Source: an uncultured delta proteobacterium
GTDB lineage: Bacteria; Desulfobacterota; Desulfobacteria; Desulfobacterales; UBA11574
Assembly: GCA_963752565.1 (NCBI GenBank)
Contig: CAVVZC010000018.1
Coordinates: 7,039-71,038 of the forward strand
Reading direction: 5' to 3'
Length of the DNA: 64,000 nucleotides
The position numbers were made by a program, and so were the translations under genes. Positions 34,912-45,934 of the stretch are shown one piece after another. The stretch's first letter is position 1; each line of letters opens with the position of its first letter. The notes beneath the pieces are model-generated. The model saw only the letters and a program-made list of their open reading frames with translations, was not told the origin of the DNA and searched no databases.

Positions 34912-35412
34912 TCAGCAAGCGATATCCATGTCGTTAATTCTCCTTTTTTCACCCATACTTTGCCAGATTCTATTTTTAATAATCTTTCCGCCGTCCGGAA
35001 GATCAGCGCCTTGGGGATAAAAAGATCCATCTATGATACAAAACTTCTTCTCACCTGAAGCAAATGTAAAGGTTAAGGCGTATGCCGCTTTAAAATGAAC
35101 CCTTTCTCCTAACTGACCGATTGTTTTGTTACGAGAATAATGTTGATCTGAATAATGCCAGAACCGGATGTGCTGATCCGAGGTCGATTCCAATTCAACG
35201 GGGTTGTTAAGATCCATCATTTTTCTCTCGAGCTTGGATATTTCTTTCATAATGGTCATATCGGGAACAGTAAAGTCAGATGAGGTCCCCGTTAAACGAA
35301 TGGTGTTGTCCATGGTGGGATCCTGTAAAGAATAAACAGCATAGATCGCTGTGGGAAGCAAAACCACAACGATAATAACGATTGAAATCAGCCCATGATA
35401 TTTTCTTTTCAT
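34912..35412 (-). CDS. Bitopic protein, PilP/GspC/MshK-like by position and topology
   Basis: 166-aa ORF with an N-terminal TM (LISIVIIVVVLLPTAIYAV). The start overlaps the upstream stop (ATGA). The C-terminal beta-rich segment (FCIIDGSFYPQGADLPDGGKII) is reminiscent of the PilP/GspC HR domain. Confidence 0.45.
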   Translation of the reverse strand: MKRKYHGLISIVIIVVVLLPTAIYAVYSLQDPTMDNTIRLTGTSSDFTVPDMTIMKEISKLERKMMDLNNPVELESTSDQHIRFWHYSDQHYSRNKTIGQLGERVHFKAAYALTFTFASGEKKFCIIDGSFYPQGADLPDGGKIIKNRIWQSMGEKRRINDMDIAC

Positions 35413-36716
35413 CCAATCCTCTTTGTGAATTTGACAAGAAATTTTGAGTCATTGATGTCAGTGTCAAACCGATTCTCCACAACAGTATAACCCTTTTTTT
35501 TCATAAAAGAGATAAATTGCTGATATCCTTTATGGGCTGTGTTAAAAGCCGTCCTAATCTTACCGAAAATTTCCAACGACATCGCATTATGTGTATAATC
35601 GATTTTAAGGATTTCTGTTTCCATATCCGGAGAAAGGCCATTTGTAACGTCGCTCATTACAAGAAGATATGAAGGTGCGTCTTTGTTATATACCAACCCT
35701 TTAATGAAACCGACGGTATCTTTATACGTTTTCAAGGGGATGGTACTCAAAGAGGTCTCGGTCTGAAGCACAGTTGCTTGATGATTCAGTTGTTTTAATT
35801 CTCTTTCAAGCATATCCGTCTTTTTCTGGCATAAAAAAAACCCGCCAGAAACAGCCAGCAAGAAGACAAAAAGCAGTATATTCAATGACGCTGTCCATTT
35901 TTGAGTGTAATGATAGATTTTTTCTACCCCAGGAGATATCCCGCCGTTCCCGGCTCGACTTTTCAGCGCCATTGAAAAGGAGTTTTGATACGTTTTATTA
36001 TTGAAAGATAAAGATTCTTCTTCTAAATAATAGGATTTATATTCCTCGTTTTCAGTCCATTCCGGACAATCTCCACTATCGATCCAGTTTAGTTGATACA
36101 CTTTTTTAACCTTCATTCCGTTCTCGGTCTGAGCGGTCTGAATGTCTGTTCGAATGGCATCCCAGAGGACGTCTATCTGTTCATCACTCATGTCGAATGC
36201 AACGCATCGGTTTGAGTAATAAATTTGCTTTTTGTTGCCAATAATCAAATCAGCAAATCTGCCGTGCTGAAATACCACGGCAACTGGATCTTCTGTACGT
36301 ATTTGTTTTAAGACATTATAGAGAAACGCATATAAAGGAAGCATTAATATGCCGTCTTCGTTTCCCCGGATCTTCTCAAGGTAGGCGTGGTAATGGCGGG
36401 CTGGAAGCGCAGTGAAAAATATATCGGTTGTATTTTTTCCCCGCTTCTTTTTCCAGTGTGCAAGTACTTTTACCGGCTCATCAAAATCACCTGATTCTTG
36501 GAGTCGTTTTCGAACCACAAATTCCGCATATTTAACCGGCGCTTCAACAGTCATGGTCCTGGAAATCGTTTCCTGCATTTCGGTGATAAAGCGGGATTCA
36601 CCCTTTGACTCTTTTAAATCTACAATCTGTTTTAGGCGGTTTCCCTTTAAGTGGTATATAACACCGTCCAGCTCAATGACATATTGTCTATTATTGTTGT
36701 TCATTGGCACCCACAT
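35409..36716 (-). CDS. Bitopic protein, GspL-like / PilM-PilN-fusion-like by topology
   Basis: 435 aa: an ~275-aa cytoplasmic domain, a single TM (LNILLFVFLLAVSGGFFLC), a coiled coil (LERELKQLNHQATVLQTE) and an ~110-aa periplasmic domain. I recognise no sequence motif. Confidence 0.5.
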   Translation of the reverse strand: MWVPMNNNNRQYVIELDGVIYHLKGNRLKQIVDLKESKGESRFITEMQETISRTMTVEAPVKYAEFVVRKRLQESGDFDEPVKVLAHWKKKRGKNTTDIFFTALPARHYHAYLEKIRGNEDGILMLPLYAFLYNVLKQIRTEDPVAVVFQHGRFADLIIGNKKQIYYSNRCVAFDMSDEQIDVLWDAIRTDIQTAQTENGMKVKKVYQLNWIDSGDCPEWTENEEYKSYYLEEESLSFNNKTYQNSFSMALKSRAGNGGISPGVEKIYHYTQKWTASLNILLFVFLLAVSGGFFLCQKKTDMLERELKQLNHQATVLQTETSLSTIPLKTYKDTVGFIKGLVYNKDAPSYLLVMSDVTNGLSPDMETEILKIDYTHNAMSLEIFGKIRTAFNTAHKGYQQFISFMKKKGYTVVENRFDTDINDSKFLVKFTKRIG

Positions 36717-36717
36717 C

Positions 36718-37215
36718 TCATTGCATCAAAACACTTTGATTTTTTACAACAAATGCGCCTTTAAGCGTCATTAGAATATCCCCGGTTTCATTTTCAAACG
36801 TCATTCCCGATGTTTCATTTTTATTTCCGGTCGCTTTTAAGGATTTAATATGAAAAGAAACCGGCCTGAAATAATGAGAATCGGCATTGGAACACTGTTT
36901 TAAAATTGTTTTCATCTGTGCAAAGGTTACCGTATCCTGAATGTCGACATTATACACTGCCCATTTGTTTTGTTCTAATCCCAACAATTTGGCATTATTA
37001 ACAAAATTGTTAATTCTCAAAATGCTGTGTAATTTCTGTTCTCTTTCGCTTTGAAGTTGACCTAACCATCTGACTTGCCGGACCAACACCGCCTTTTTTT
37101 CCTTATGCGCAACATATGCTTTATAACCGGTCAGAAAATAACTGCCGGCCATTAAAAATAACACCACAAGAAGACCGGTCATGATAAATGATCTAAAGAT
37201 TTTCATGGGCAACAT
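36718..37215 (-). CDS. Bitopic protein, PilO/GspM/MshJ-like by topology
   Basis: 165 aa: an N-terminal TM (IMTGLLVVLFLMAGSYFL), a short coiled coil and a C-terminal globular part. Its stop is 1 nt before the next start. Confidence 0.45.
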   Translation of the reverse strand: MLPMKIFRSFIMTGLLVVLFLMAGSYFLTGYKAYVAHKEKKAVLVRQVRWLGQLQSEREQKLHSILRINNFVNNAKLLGLEQNKWAVYNVDIQDTVTFAQMKTILKQCSNADSHYFRPVSFHIKSLKATGNKNETSGMTFENETGDILMTLKGAFVVKNQSVLMQ

Positions 37216-37221
37216 ATCTCT

Positions 37222-37896
37222 TTAAAAATCCATCTTCCAGCGTGCGCTGGCTTCGGTAGATGGAGCTCCCCAGGCTGTATTAGCAGAATCGGCTGTATTG
37301 TAACTCAAAAAATCGCCAGTCGTACCGTCCGCCTCGCCGTCTATCATGGTGTCAAGAGCTATTCCCAGGGCATTGGGAATTTCGGTTATCCACATGTAAT
37401 TGTATTTTCCTGTACTGTCGTACTTAAAGGCAACGGCAAGATTGTGGCCGGTACCTTGACTGTCCGTGTATGTGTATTCCCAACAGTTACTGGTATTGGT
37501 AGAAGGAGCGGTAAGCCCGACATCGTCCAATCCCATGAAATCCGTTCCTGACGGGTCCCCGGTCTTAAGGTAACCGCGCTCGGTATCGCTGATGGCACTA
37601 TCATTGCCGTTATCCGTGTCTGCTTTTGCATCTTGGCCTTCTGCCGATGCGAGGGTATCATAAAAATCACCCAGCCGTTTACCGGTTCGATCATAGAAGT
37701 TGGCGTATCCCATACGCCAGGCATTAAAATATTTCGTGTAAATTTTCTTTTGTTCCGCGCTCCTGATGAGGTCCTTCCCTTTAATGACCGCTCCGATGAT
37801 AATACCGATGATAATCAGTACAATGGCCATCTCAATGAGCGTAAATCCTCGTTTGTCCGACAAATATTTTATATTTTTCTTTATCTGGATGTTCAT
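37222..37896 (-). CDS. Type IV prepilin (N-terminal cleavage/methylation domain), probable major subunit
   Basis: A 17-aa leader ends in G|FTLIEMAIVLIIIGIIIGAV (Glu5 present). AGGAG lies 9 nt upstream of the ATG. It is the first gene of the operon. Confidence 0.85.
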   Translation of the reverse strand: MNIQIKKNIKYLSDKRGFTLIEMAIVLIIIGIIIGAVIKGKDLIRSAEQKKIYTKYFNAWRMGYANFYDRTGKRLGDFYDTLASAEGQDAKADTDNGNDSAISDTERGYLKTGDPSGTDFMGLDDVGLTAPSTNTSNCWEYTYTDSQGTGHNLAVAFKYDSTGKYNYMWITEIPNALGIALDTMIDGEADGTTGDFLSYNTADSANTAWGAPSTEASARWKMDF

Positions 37897-38057
37897 ATAC
37901 GTTTACTCCTGTCTTTTGGATTGATCCGATTTGTTGTATTTGATGAGATTCCCATCCGTTTTCTGCTGACACGTATTACTGTCGCACTTTCCTATTAAAA
38001 AAATGTTATCAATAAAGAACGACTTATGACAGTGATAAAATATCGAAACATAAGGAC

Positions 38058-38073
38058 TGCAAATTTTAGGCCA
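38058..38073 (-). promoter_or_regulatory. Candidate sigma-54 (-24/-12) promoter of the pilus operon
   Basis: The minus strand reads TGGCCT-AAAAT-TTGCA, with GG and GC at the consensus spacing of TGGCAC-N5-TTGCW. It lies ~160 nt upstream of the pilin ATG. Confidence 0.35.
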
Positions 38074-38270
38074 CACTATATATTCTTAGATTATTAAACT
38101 ATTTCAGAAGGTTGGGATTTTATGAAAAGTCATGTCAAAAATTGATGAATATAATGCCTCCTAAAGCGTCAAAAAAATGGCACCTAAATAGAGGCGGCTG
38201 GCCGGCCGTTTGCTTCAAGGGCTTTTTAGCAATATTCGGATAGGAAACTTGAGTGGATATTTCTAAACCG

Positions 38271-38957
38271 CTACTCTTTGTATATCCATTTCCCTTTTTG
38301 AGTGGGTGAGGTTAGAGATTTTTCAAGCTGCTTTAAAAAAAGTGTTCTGGGGATCTCCCTTGCACCAAAACGGATCAAATGCTCGGTCGTTACCTGGCAG
38401 TCCACCATATCAAACGATAATTTTTCAAGATATTCCAAAAGTTTGACAAGCGCTATATTTGAAGCATTACTGATGCGAGTAAACATGGATTCTCCGAAAA
38501 AACACTTCCCCAAAGAAACGCCATATAATCCCCCGGCCAGCTCATCCTGGCGCCATACTTCCACCGAATGTGCAAAGCCTGATTCATGGAGCTTGCAGTA
38601 AGCCTCGATTATATCTTCGATGATCCAGGTTCCTTGATTTTTTTGCAGACGAACTTTTGCACACTGGTTGATGACCTCATTAAAAGCCAGGTCCATGGTC
38701 ACCTTGAACACTTCTTTTTTTATAATCTTCTTTAAAGTCTTTGAGATCTTGTTCTCATGGGGATATAACACAAGACGGGGGTCGGGTGACCACCATAGAA
38801 TCGGCTCATTATCTGAAAACCATGGGAAAATGCCCATACGGTAGGCAAGAAGAAGACGTTTTTGGCTCAGGTCACCGCCAACGGCCAGCAATCCGCCTTC
38901 GGATGCAAGGTGAGGTGGCGGAAATTCGATTGTATCTGATAAAAGAAAAACAGGCAC
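38271..38957 (-). CDS. aat: Leucyl/phenylalanyl-tRNA--protein transferase
   Basis: FPPPHLASEGGLLAVGGDLSQKRLLLAYRMGIFPWF...WWSPDPR...GESMF is canonical Aat. It sits in aat-clpA-clpS context. Confidence 0.9.
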   Translation of the reverse strand: MPVFLLSDTIEFPPPHLASEGGLLAVGGDLSQKRLLLAYRMGIFPWFSDNEPILWWSPDPRLVLYPHENKISKTLKKIIKKEVFKVTMDLAFNEVINQCAKVRLQKNQGTWIIEDIIEAYCKLHESGFAHSVEVWRQDELAGGLYGVSLGKCFFGESMFTRISNASNIALVKLLEYLEKLSFDMVDCQVTTEHLIRFGAREIPRTLFLKQLEKSLTSPTQKGKWIYKE

Positions 38958-39013
38958 TCAGATATCGTCACGTCGTTATTTGGGAAATGGTTAGAAGCTG
39001 TTTGAGTATTCCA

Positions 39014-41296
39014 TCACTCCAATGGTTGCGATGCCTCTATATCTTTACTTTGTAACGTCTTAGCACTGTAGTTAAAGGTCAACTTTTCATTTTCGACATC
39101 AATATGAACCTTGCCGCCTTTATCAAGTCTCCCAAATAGGATCTCATCGGACAGGATATCTTTAATTTCAGTTTGTATCAATCGGCTCAATGGTCTGGCG
39201 CCGTAACGCGGGTCATGCCCTTTTTGAGCCAGCCATGTCCGTGCATCTGGAGAAAGATCGATGGATACTTTTTTAGCAACAAGCTGTCCTATGAGCTCAT
39301 TCATAAACTTATCCACCACTTTTTTCATAATATCTTCATTCAACGCATTGAAATGAATGATACCGTCGAGACGGTTTCTAAATTCCGGACTGAAAAACTT
39401 TTCAATGGCTTTTTTTCCCTTATTTTCCGTGTCATACTCATTGTCTCCGAAGCCGATGGTTTGCGTGCTCATCTCCCTTGTACCGGCATTGGAGGTCATC
39501 ATGATAATGACGTTTCTAAAATCAGCCTTTTTGCCGTTGTTGTCCGTCAGTGTTGCATGATCTAAAACTTGAAGAAGGATGTTAAACATATCCGGATGCG
39601 CTTTTTCTATTTCGTCAAACAAAAGCACGCTGTAAGGGTGCTTACGGATATCGTCTGTCAAAAGTCCTCCCTGATCAAAACCGATATAACCCGGCGGTGC
39701 ACCAATCATACGGGCCACAGAATGTTTTTCCATATATTCACTCATGTCAAATCGCAAAAAATGAACACCGAGGATTCTTGCAACCTGTAGACTCACCTCT
39801 GTTTTTCCAACACCCGTGGGACCGGCAAATAAAAATGATCCAATGGGCCTTTCGGGTGTTCCGAGTCCGGCACGGGAGCGCTTAATGGATGTGACCAAGG
39901 ATTTTATGGCATTGTCCTGTCCAAAAACCACCTCTTTGATCTTTTCTTCAAGGTTCTCCAATTTTGTTTTATCAGGGGTCGACACACTGATGGTCGGTAT
40001 TCTGGCCATCTTGGCCACGATTTTTTCAATATCTTTAGGATTGATCTTCTTTCTGTGGGGGGAATTGAGCAATCGAATAAATGCCCCTGCTTCATCGATG
40101 ACATCTATCGCCTTGTCAGGCAGATAGCGATCATTGATATATTTGGCAGAAAGTTCGGCTGCAGCTTTTAAGGCCTGATCCGTATAAACAATGCCGTGGT
40201 GTTCCTCATAGCGGGATCGCAGTCCCTTTAAAATTTGAAAAGTCTCTTTAACCGGAGGTTCCAAAATTTCGATTTTCTCAAATCTGCGTGAAAGGGCACG
40301 GTCTTTATCAAAGAAATTCTTATAATCTTCATATGTTGTAGAGCCTATACACCGAAGCTCACCGGTTGCCAACGCTGGTTTCAATATATTTGAAGCATCC
40401 ATGGAACCTCTGCTGGTGGCCCCGGCACCCACCGTAGTATGAATTTCATCGATAAATAAAATAGCATCTTTTTTCTTTTTCAAAGAAGACAAAACGCCTT
40501 TTAAACGCTGTTCAAAGTCACCTCTAAACTTAGTACCGGCGAGCAAACCGCCAAGATCAAGGGAATAAATACGAACATTTTTAAGCAAATCGGGAATGGA
40601 TCCATCATTTATCCGAATGGCCAGGCCTTCGGCCATTGCTGTTTTACCAACTCCGGGGTCTCCAACAAAAATTGGGTTGTTTTTGCGTCTACGGCATAGC
40701 ACCTGAATGGTCCGCTCCATTTCGAGGTCTCTTCCGATTAAGGGATCCAACTTTCCCAGGGCTGCATATTTTACGAGGTCAATGGTAAACGCCTCCAGCG
40801 GATCGGTCTTTCGTTTCTTCTCTCTTTTTTCTGTTTTTACGAATGGATGCAATCCCTTATCCACCGGTTTAGTAACATTGTGAGAAATGTAACTTAAAAC
40901 ATCAAGACGGGTAATCCCTTCTGAACTCAGAAAATATTCAGCGTTAGAATCTTTTTCCTGAAAAATCGAGGCCAGTATATCACTCACATCGACCTGCTGT
41001 TTTTCTGCAGATCGAACATGATTAATCGCTCTCTGAATGACCCTTTGAAACCCGACGGTCTGCTGGAGGACATATTCATTTTCTTCAGGAACGCTTTCCA
41101 TCTGTTGGCTTAGAAATAATTCAAGCGCATTTTTAAGGTTTTCAACGTTACCACCACAATTTTCGATAATTTCTATACCTTCGCTGTCGTATAAGATAGC
41201 AAACAGCAAGTGTTCTATACAAACATACTCGTGGCGTCGTCTCTTTGCTTCTCTTACTGCAAAACCCAGTGTTTCGCTAAGTTCTTTGCTGATCAT
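39014..41296 (-). CDS. clpA: ATP-dependent Clp protease ATP-binding subunit ClpA
   Basis: 760 aa with a Clp_N domain and two AAA+ modules ([18 protein letters not shown]). It is located next to clpS. Confidence 0.95.
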   Translation of the reverse strand: MISKELSETLGFAVREAKRRRHEYVCIEHLLFAILYDSEGIEIIENCGGNVENLKNALELFLSQQMESVPEENEYVLQQTVGFQRVIQRAINHVRSAEKQQVDVSDILASIFQEKDSNAEYFLSSEGITRLDVLSYISHNVTKPVDKGLHPFVKTEKREKKRKTDPLEAFTIDLVKYAALGKLDPLIGRDLEMERTIQVLCRRRKNNPIFVGDPGVGKTAMAEGLAIRINDGSIPDLLKNVRIYSLDLGGLLAGTKFRGDFEQRLKGVLSSLKKKKDAILFIDEIHTTVGAGATSRGSMDASNILKPALATGELRCIGSTTYEDYKNFFDKDRALSRRFEKIEILEPPVKETFQILKGLRSRYEEHHGIVYTDQALKAAAELSAKYINDRYLPDKAIDVIDEAGAFIRLLNSPHRKKINPKDIEKIVAKMARIPTISVSTPDKTKLENLEEKIKEVVFGQDNAIKSLVTSIKRSRAGLGTPERPIGSFLFAGPTGVGKTEVSLQVARILGVHFLRFDMSEYMEKHSVARMIGAPPGYIGFDQGGLLTDDIRKHPYSVLLFDEIEKAHPDMFNILLQVLDHATLTDNNGKKADFRNVIIMMTSNAGTREMSTQTIGFGDNEYDTENKGKKAIEKFFSPEFRNRLDGIIHFNALNEDIMKKVVDKFMNELIGQLVAKKVSIDLSPDARTWLAQKGHDPRYGARPLSRLIQTEIKDILSDEILFGRLDKGGKVHIDVENEKLTFNYSAKTLQSKDIEASQPLE

Positions 41297-41299
41297 GGT

Positions 41300-41629
41300 C
41301 TATTCTTTCTCCATTGTACACTTCAGGGGGAAACCGTGTTGTCTGGCCAGGGCATGAACGGCATTCACCTTGGTTTCCGAAACTTCATATGTATATACAC
41401 CACACATTCCGATACCTTTGTGGTGAACGTTCAACATGATCCTCAGTGCATCTTCCGGTGGTTTATTAAAAACAAACATCAGGATTTCAACCACAAACTC
41501 CATGGTTGTGTAATCGTCGTTATGCAGCAGCACTTTGTACATGGAAGGCTCATCAATATCATCCCCCACTTCAGAAATGACGTCTTCTTCAAGTTCAGGG
41601 CCGTACCCGTTCATTGAATCATCTTCCAT
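41300..41629 (-). CDS. clpS: ATP-dependent Clp protease adaptor ClpS
   Basis: [29 protein letters not shown]...[19 protein letters not shown]. The start at 41629 is chosen to give a typical length, and 41614 is also possible. Confidence 0.88.
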   Translation of the reverse strand: MEDDSMNGYGPELEEDVISEVGDDIDEPSMYKVLLHNDDYTTMEFVVEILMFVFNKPPEDALRIMLNVHHKGIGMCGVYTYEVSETKVNAVHALARQHGFPLKCTMEKE

Positions 41630-41779
41630 GATTAGCCCCTTGAAGAATTTGGTCCGAACCCTCTGTTTCAATAAAATTAAACCCGAAATGAGCAGGGTTT
41701 GAATGATTCTTTCTAAATACTATAATCATCGATGCCCGATCTTGTAAAGAGCCCAATCAAAATAATTGCACCCTTTGAA

Positions 41780-44305
41780 TTATTTGCCACAACATTTTTT
41801 ATATTTCTTTCCGCTTCCACAGGGGCAAGGGGCGTTTCGTCCCACCTTTTTTTGGGTTCGCTTAACCGGATTTTTCTTTGCAGGTTCATCTCCGCCGGAA
41901 AAGACCAGTTTCTGTTCCTTGGGCTGTTGTAAGTCTGCAATATTCTGGGGCTCGGATATTTGAATCCTGTACAAAATTCCCAGCGTCTCTTCCTTGATCC
42001 TGGAAACCATTTCCTGAAATAATTCAAACCCTTCCTTTTTGTATACGATGAGAGGATCCTGTTGTGCATACCCCCTTAAACCGATTCCCTCCTTCAGGTG
42101 GTCCATACTCAAAAGATGGTCTTTCCACAGGTTGTCAACCGTCTGTAGCATAACAATGCGTTCAAGATGTCTGAATTCTTCCGATCCCACGGAGGCCGAT
42201 TTTTCGTTATATACCGTTAGGCCGGAATCGGCGATCATCTGAGCCAGCCCTTCCCGGGTCAAACCGTCCATGGTATCATCATCAATTTTATCCAGTCGAA
42301 AATTAAATTGCTTAAATACCGCCTTTTTCAATCCCTTCCAGTCCCATTCTTCAGGATGTGTTCTTTCGTCAGTAAAGCCATATGCGATCTCCTCGGATCT
42401 ATCACGAATCATCTCTTCGATGGCGGGTTGAAGACTTTTACCGTTCAGGGCTTCTCGGCGCTGTCTGTAAACGACTTCCCTTTGCTGATTCATGACATCA
42501 TCATATTCCAAGAGCTGCTTTCGGATATCAAAGTTGTGTCCCTCAACCTTTGCCTGAGCATTTTCAATGGCCTTGCTGATCAGTTTGTTTTCTATGGGTT
42601 CACCGTCTTCCATCCCCAGCTTTTCCATAATTCCGGTGATTCGTTCGCCACCGAATATCCGCAAGAGATCATCCTCCAATGCAAGGTAAAAACGCGACGA
42701 TCCCGGATCTCCCTGTCTCCCTGAGCGTCCCCTGAGCTGATTATCAATACGCCGACTTTCATGTCTTTCGGTTCCGAGAATATGGAGCCCGCCCAGCTCG
42801 GTGACACCCTCGCCCAAAACGATGTCCGTCCCACGACCGGCCATGTTTGTCGATATGGTCACCGCTGCTTTCTGGCCTGCCAGCGAAATAATCTCCGCCT
42901 CCTTTTCATGAATTTTTGCATTCAATACCGAATGTTTAATGCCTCTTTTTTTCAATTTTTTTGAAAAGCTTTCTGAAACGTCAATTGAAATTGTTCCCAC
43001 CAGAACAGGCTGCCCCTTTTTATTCAGTTCAACGATTTCGTTGATTGCTGCATCAAATTTCTCCCTGCGGGTTTTGTAAATCACATCCGAGTTATCGTTT
43101 CGAATCATGGGTTGGTTTGTGGGGATAACCATAACGTCAAGATCATATATTTTTTTAAATTCGGCGGCTTCCGTATCTGCGGTCCCTGTCATTCCGGCAA
43201 GTTTATTGTACATTCTAAAATAGTTCTGAAACGTAACCGTGGCCAGTGTCTGGTTTTCATTTTCGATTTTTACGTTTTCTTTGGCTTCAAGTGCCTGGTG
43301 CAATCCTTCGCTGTATCGACGGCCGGGCATCAAACGGCCAGTAAATTCATCTACAATGATAACCTCCCCATTTTTCACAATATAATCAACGTCTCGTTTG
43401 AAGAGGGTGTGTGCTTTAAGCGCCTGGTTAACATGGTGTAGAATTTCGATATATTTTGGATCGTACAGGTTGTCGACCTTGAGCAATTGTTCCGCTTTCG
43501 CTATCCCTTCTTCGGTCATCACGGCAGATCGGGCCTTTTCATCCAAAGTAAAGTCTCGTTCGGAAACAAGACGTGGAATGATGCCGTTGACCAGATGGTA
43601 CAGCTCCGTCGATTTTTCAGCCGGTCCGGATATGATCAACGGTGTTCGGGCTTCGTCAACCAAAATACTGTCCACCTCGTCAACAATTGCAAAATTGAGC
43701 TCTTTTTGAACGATGGTATCTATGTCAAACTTCATGTTGTCTCTTAAATAGTCAAAGCCGAACTCATTGTTTGTGCCGTAAGTAATGTCCGAACCGTATG
43801 CATCGTTGCGTTCATCATCATTAAGACCGTGCAATATACAGCCCACGGAAAGCCCAAGAAATTTATAAATGTGCCCCATCCATTCTGTATCACGTCTTGC
43901 CAGGTAGTCGTTCACCGTTATAATATGCACTCCCCTTCCTGAAAGCGCATTCAGGTAGGCCGGAAGGGTTGCCGCCAGAGTCTTACCTTCACCGGTCTTC
44001 ATTTCAGCAATCTTCCCCTGATGGAGAACGATGCCGCCGATAAGCTGAACATCGAAATGCCTCATTTGGAGGGTTCGAATCGACGCTTCTCTCACTGTTG
44101 CAAAGGCTTCCGGTAGAATATCATCAAGAGACTCTCCATTGTTCAGGCGCTCTTTGAATAACGGAGTTTGAGCTTTCAACGCTTCATCACTCATGGATTG
44201 CATTTGGGGTTCGAAGGCATTAATCTTTTCAACGATGGGTTCAATCTTTTTTAATTCCCGTTCGTTTTTGCTTCCAAAAACTTTTGTTAATAAGTTTGTA
44301 ACCAT
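41780..44305 (-). CDS. secA: Preprotein translocase ATPase SecA
   Basis: 841 aa with a canonical N-terminus ([16 protein letters not shown]), DEAD motor motifs and a C-terminal zinc-binding tail ([14 protein letters not shown]). Confidence 0.97.
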   Translation of the reverse strand: MVTNLLTKVFGSKNERELKKIEPIVEKINAFEPQMQSMSDEALKAQTPLFKERLNNGESLDDILPEAFATVREASIRTLQMRHFDVQLIGGIVLHQGKIAEMKTGEGKTLAATLPAYLNALSGRGVHIITVNDYLARRDTEWMGHIYKFLGLSVGCILHGLNDDERNDAYGSDITYGTNNEFGFDYLRDNMKFDIDTIVQKELNFAIVDEVDSILVDEARTPLIISGPAEKSTELYHLVNGIIPRLVSERDFTLDEKARSAVMTEEGIAKAEQLLKVDNLYDPKYIEILHHVNQALKAHTLFKRDVDYIVKNGEVIIVDEFTGRLMPGRRYSEGLHQALEAKENVKIENENQTLATVTFQNYFRMYNKLAGMTGTADTEAAEFKKIYDLDVMVIPTNQPMIRNDNSDVIYKTRREKFDAAINEIVELNKKGQPVLVGTISIDVSESFSKKLKKRGIKHSVLNAKIHEKEAEIISLAGQKAAVTISTNMAGRGTDIVLGEGVTELGGLHILGTERHESRRIDNQLRGRSGRQGDPGSSRFYLALEDDLLRIFGGERITGIMEKLGMEDGEPIENKLISKAIENAQAKVEGHNFDIRKQLLEYDDVMNQQREVVYRQRREALNGKSLQPAIEEMIRDRSEEIAYGFTDERTHPEEWDWKGLKKAVFKQFNFRLDKIDDDTMDGLTREGLAQMIADSGLTVYNEKSASVGSEEFRHLERIVMLQTVDNLWKDHLLSMDHLKEGIGLRGYAQQDPLIVYKKEGFELFQEMVSRIKEETLGILYRIQISEPQNIADLQQPKEQKLVFSGGDEPAKKNPVKRTQKKVGRNAPCPCGSGKKYKKCCGK

Positions 44306-44341
44306 TTAAAATTACAACCCTCCTGAATCGGATGTTTTATT

Positions 44342-44488
44342 ATGAGACCTTTGAAAAACGCTCCCTTTTGCCCAATTCCGGCGTCAGGGCTCAAATTTTA
44401 ATCCTCAAAATACTCAATGTATTCCTGTGGTTAAAATTTTCGCCTTCCTTGGCCTTAAACAAAATTGAACATTTTTCAAAGGTCTCAT
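44342..44488. repeat. MITE-like element, family 1, copy A (147 bp)
   Basis: It has 17-bp perfect terminal inverted repeats, ATGAGACCTTTGAAAAA and TTTTTCAAAGGTCTCAT. The interior is homologous to 45935-46141 in inverted orientation. Confidence 0.8.
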
Positions 44489-44767
44489 TATCTCGCTTGA
44501 TTGTAAACAAAATGCCGACCAATATAAAAAGAATTGAAATAATAGTCTGTTACCCTGCTAAATTTCGGTTTTGATAAAGATGTTATAGAACAGTGATAAC
44601 CAGATGAGTCATTATCTTTCTATTTTATGTCGCATGCAAATTGTTGGCCAATATATCATCATTCAATAAATTTTGCAAAATACTGTTAAGATAATTTGTA
44701 AAGAAAAAGTTTTTTCGATGAGAAATAAAAGACAGGAGAAAAGAAAACTTGGGGACTCACAAACGAT

Positions 44768-45691
44768 CTAGTTTAGAATGTATTTTTTAGGATTAACAGG
44801 AAGACCGTTTAATAATACTTCATAATGGAGATGGGATCCGGTGCTGCGCCCTGTGTTGCCCATCAATGCAACGACATCACCTCTTTTGACCGCCTCACCC
44901 CGCTTTTTTAATGCCTTATGAATATGTCCGTAACGGGTAATCATCCCGTGCCCATGATCGATTTTCATCATTTTGCCATAGGAACCATTACGCCCGACAA
45001 ACGTTACAACCCCATCTGCGGTCGCAATGACCTTGGTTCCCTTTCGGCCTGCGATGTCAAGGCCTTTGTGGAATTCACGTAAACCGGTAAACGGTGAAAT
45101 GCGATATCCGAATCCCGAAGATAACCATCCCTCTGTTGGACGAATGGACGGTGTAGAAGACAACAGATTGCGTTGGCTTTTAAGACCTTCATATAAAGAT
45201 TCAAACACTTTTTCCTGACTGGCCGAAGCTAAAGTCAGCTCCCGTGTCTGTTCATGCATTTCACGCAACAGGCTGTTGTGTCTATCAGTTAGAGGAAGCT
45301 GTGAGTCAAGATCTTCAGGAATGGAACCACCGACTCCGAAAAGATTGTCTTGTTCAGAGGATTTTTCTATGTTGGCAATAACCCGTATCTTTTGTTCAAA
45401 TGTATTCAATTTAACCAGACTAGATTTCAATGAATTGATCTCATCTGCAAATTTTTGAATCTGCTTCCGCTGATTGAGAATCTCGTCAGATTGTTTGGCA
45501 ATTGTATTTTTAACCTCAGTTTTGTTAAATGTAATCTTAAGATTAAGATAATCGAAAAAGATTGCTGCGGTCATAAACAAAAAGAATGCTAAGAAACCGC
45601 TGACAATCCATAAATGGCGCCTGGAAACAGCCAGCTGTTTCACAGTTTTTCCCGTATAATTTAAAATGTAAAAAGATATTTTCTCGTCCAT
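44768..45691 (-). CDS. M23 family metallopeptidase (LytM domain) with N-terminal TM and coiled coil
   Basis: HKGLDIAG...DHGHGMITRYGHI...GNTGRSTGSHLHYEV, with an N-terminal TM and coiled-coil region typical of EnvC/NlpD-like proteins. Confidence 0.85.
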   Translation of the reverse strand: MDEKISFYILNYTGKTVKQLAVSRRHLWIVSGFLAFFLFMTAAIFFDYLNLKITFNKTEVKNTIAKQSDEILNQRKQIQKFADEINSLKSSLVKLNTFEQKIRVIANIEKSSEQDNLFGVGGSIPEDLDSQLPLTDRHNSLLREMHEQTRELTLASASQEKVFESLYEGLKSQRNLLSSTPSIRPTEGWLSSGFGYRISPFTGLREFHKGLDIAGRKGTKVIATADGVVTFVGRNGSYGKMMKIDHGHGMITRYGHIHKALKKRGEAVKRGDVVALMGNTGRSTGSHLHYEVLLNGLPVNPKKYILN

Positions 45692-45934
45692 AATAATTTT
45701 TTACGGTTTAGAAAAACACCGATATAGAATAAAAACTATTAATTTTAAAAGGTTATAAAACAATACATCTTGTTGAATCACCAAACGCAAAACACCATAT
45801 ATAAAACACTCTCATTAAAAGATGAATGGACTGACTTTTAGGAGAGTTTTATTAATTAAAAAATTTTCTGTATTCTATCATAAAGAGGTTGGGTTTGTCA
45901 ATAACCAGGATGATTTTAGATTTTTATTGAAAAT

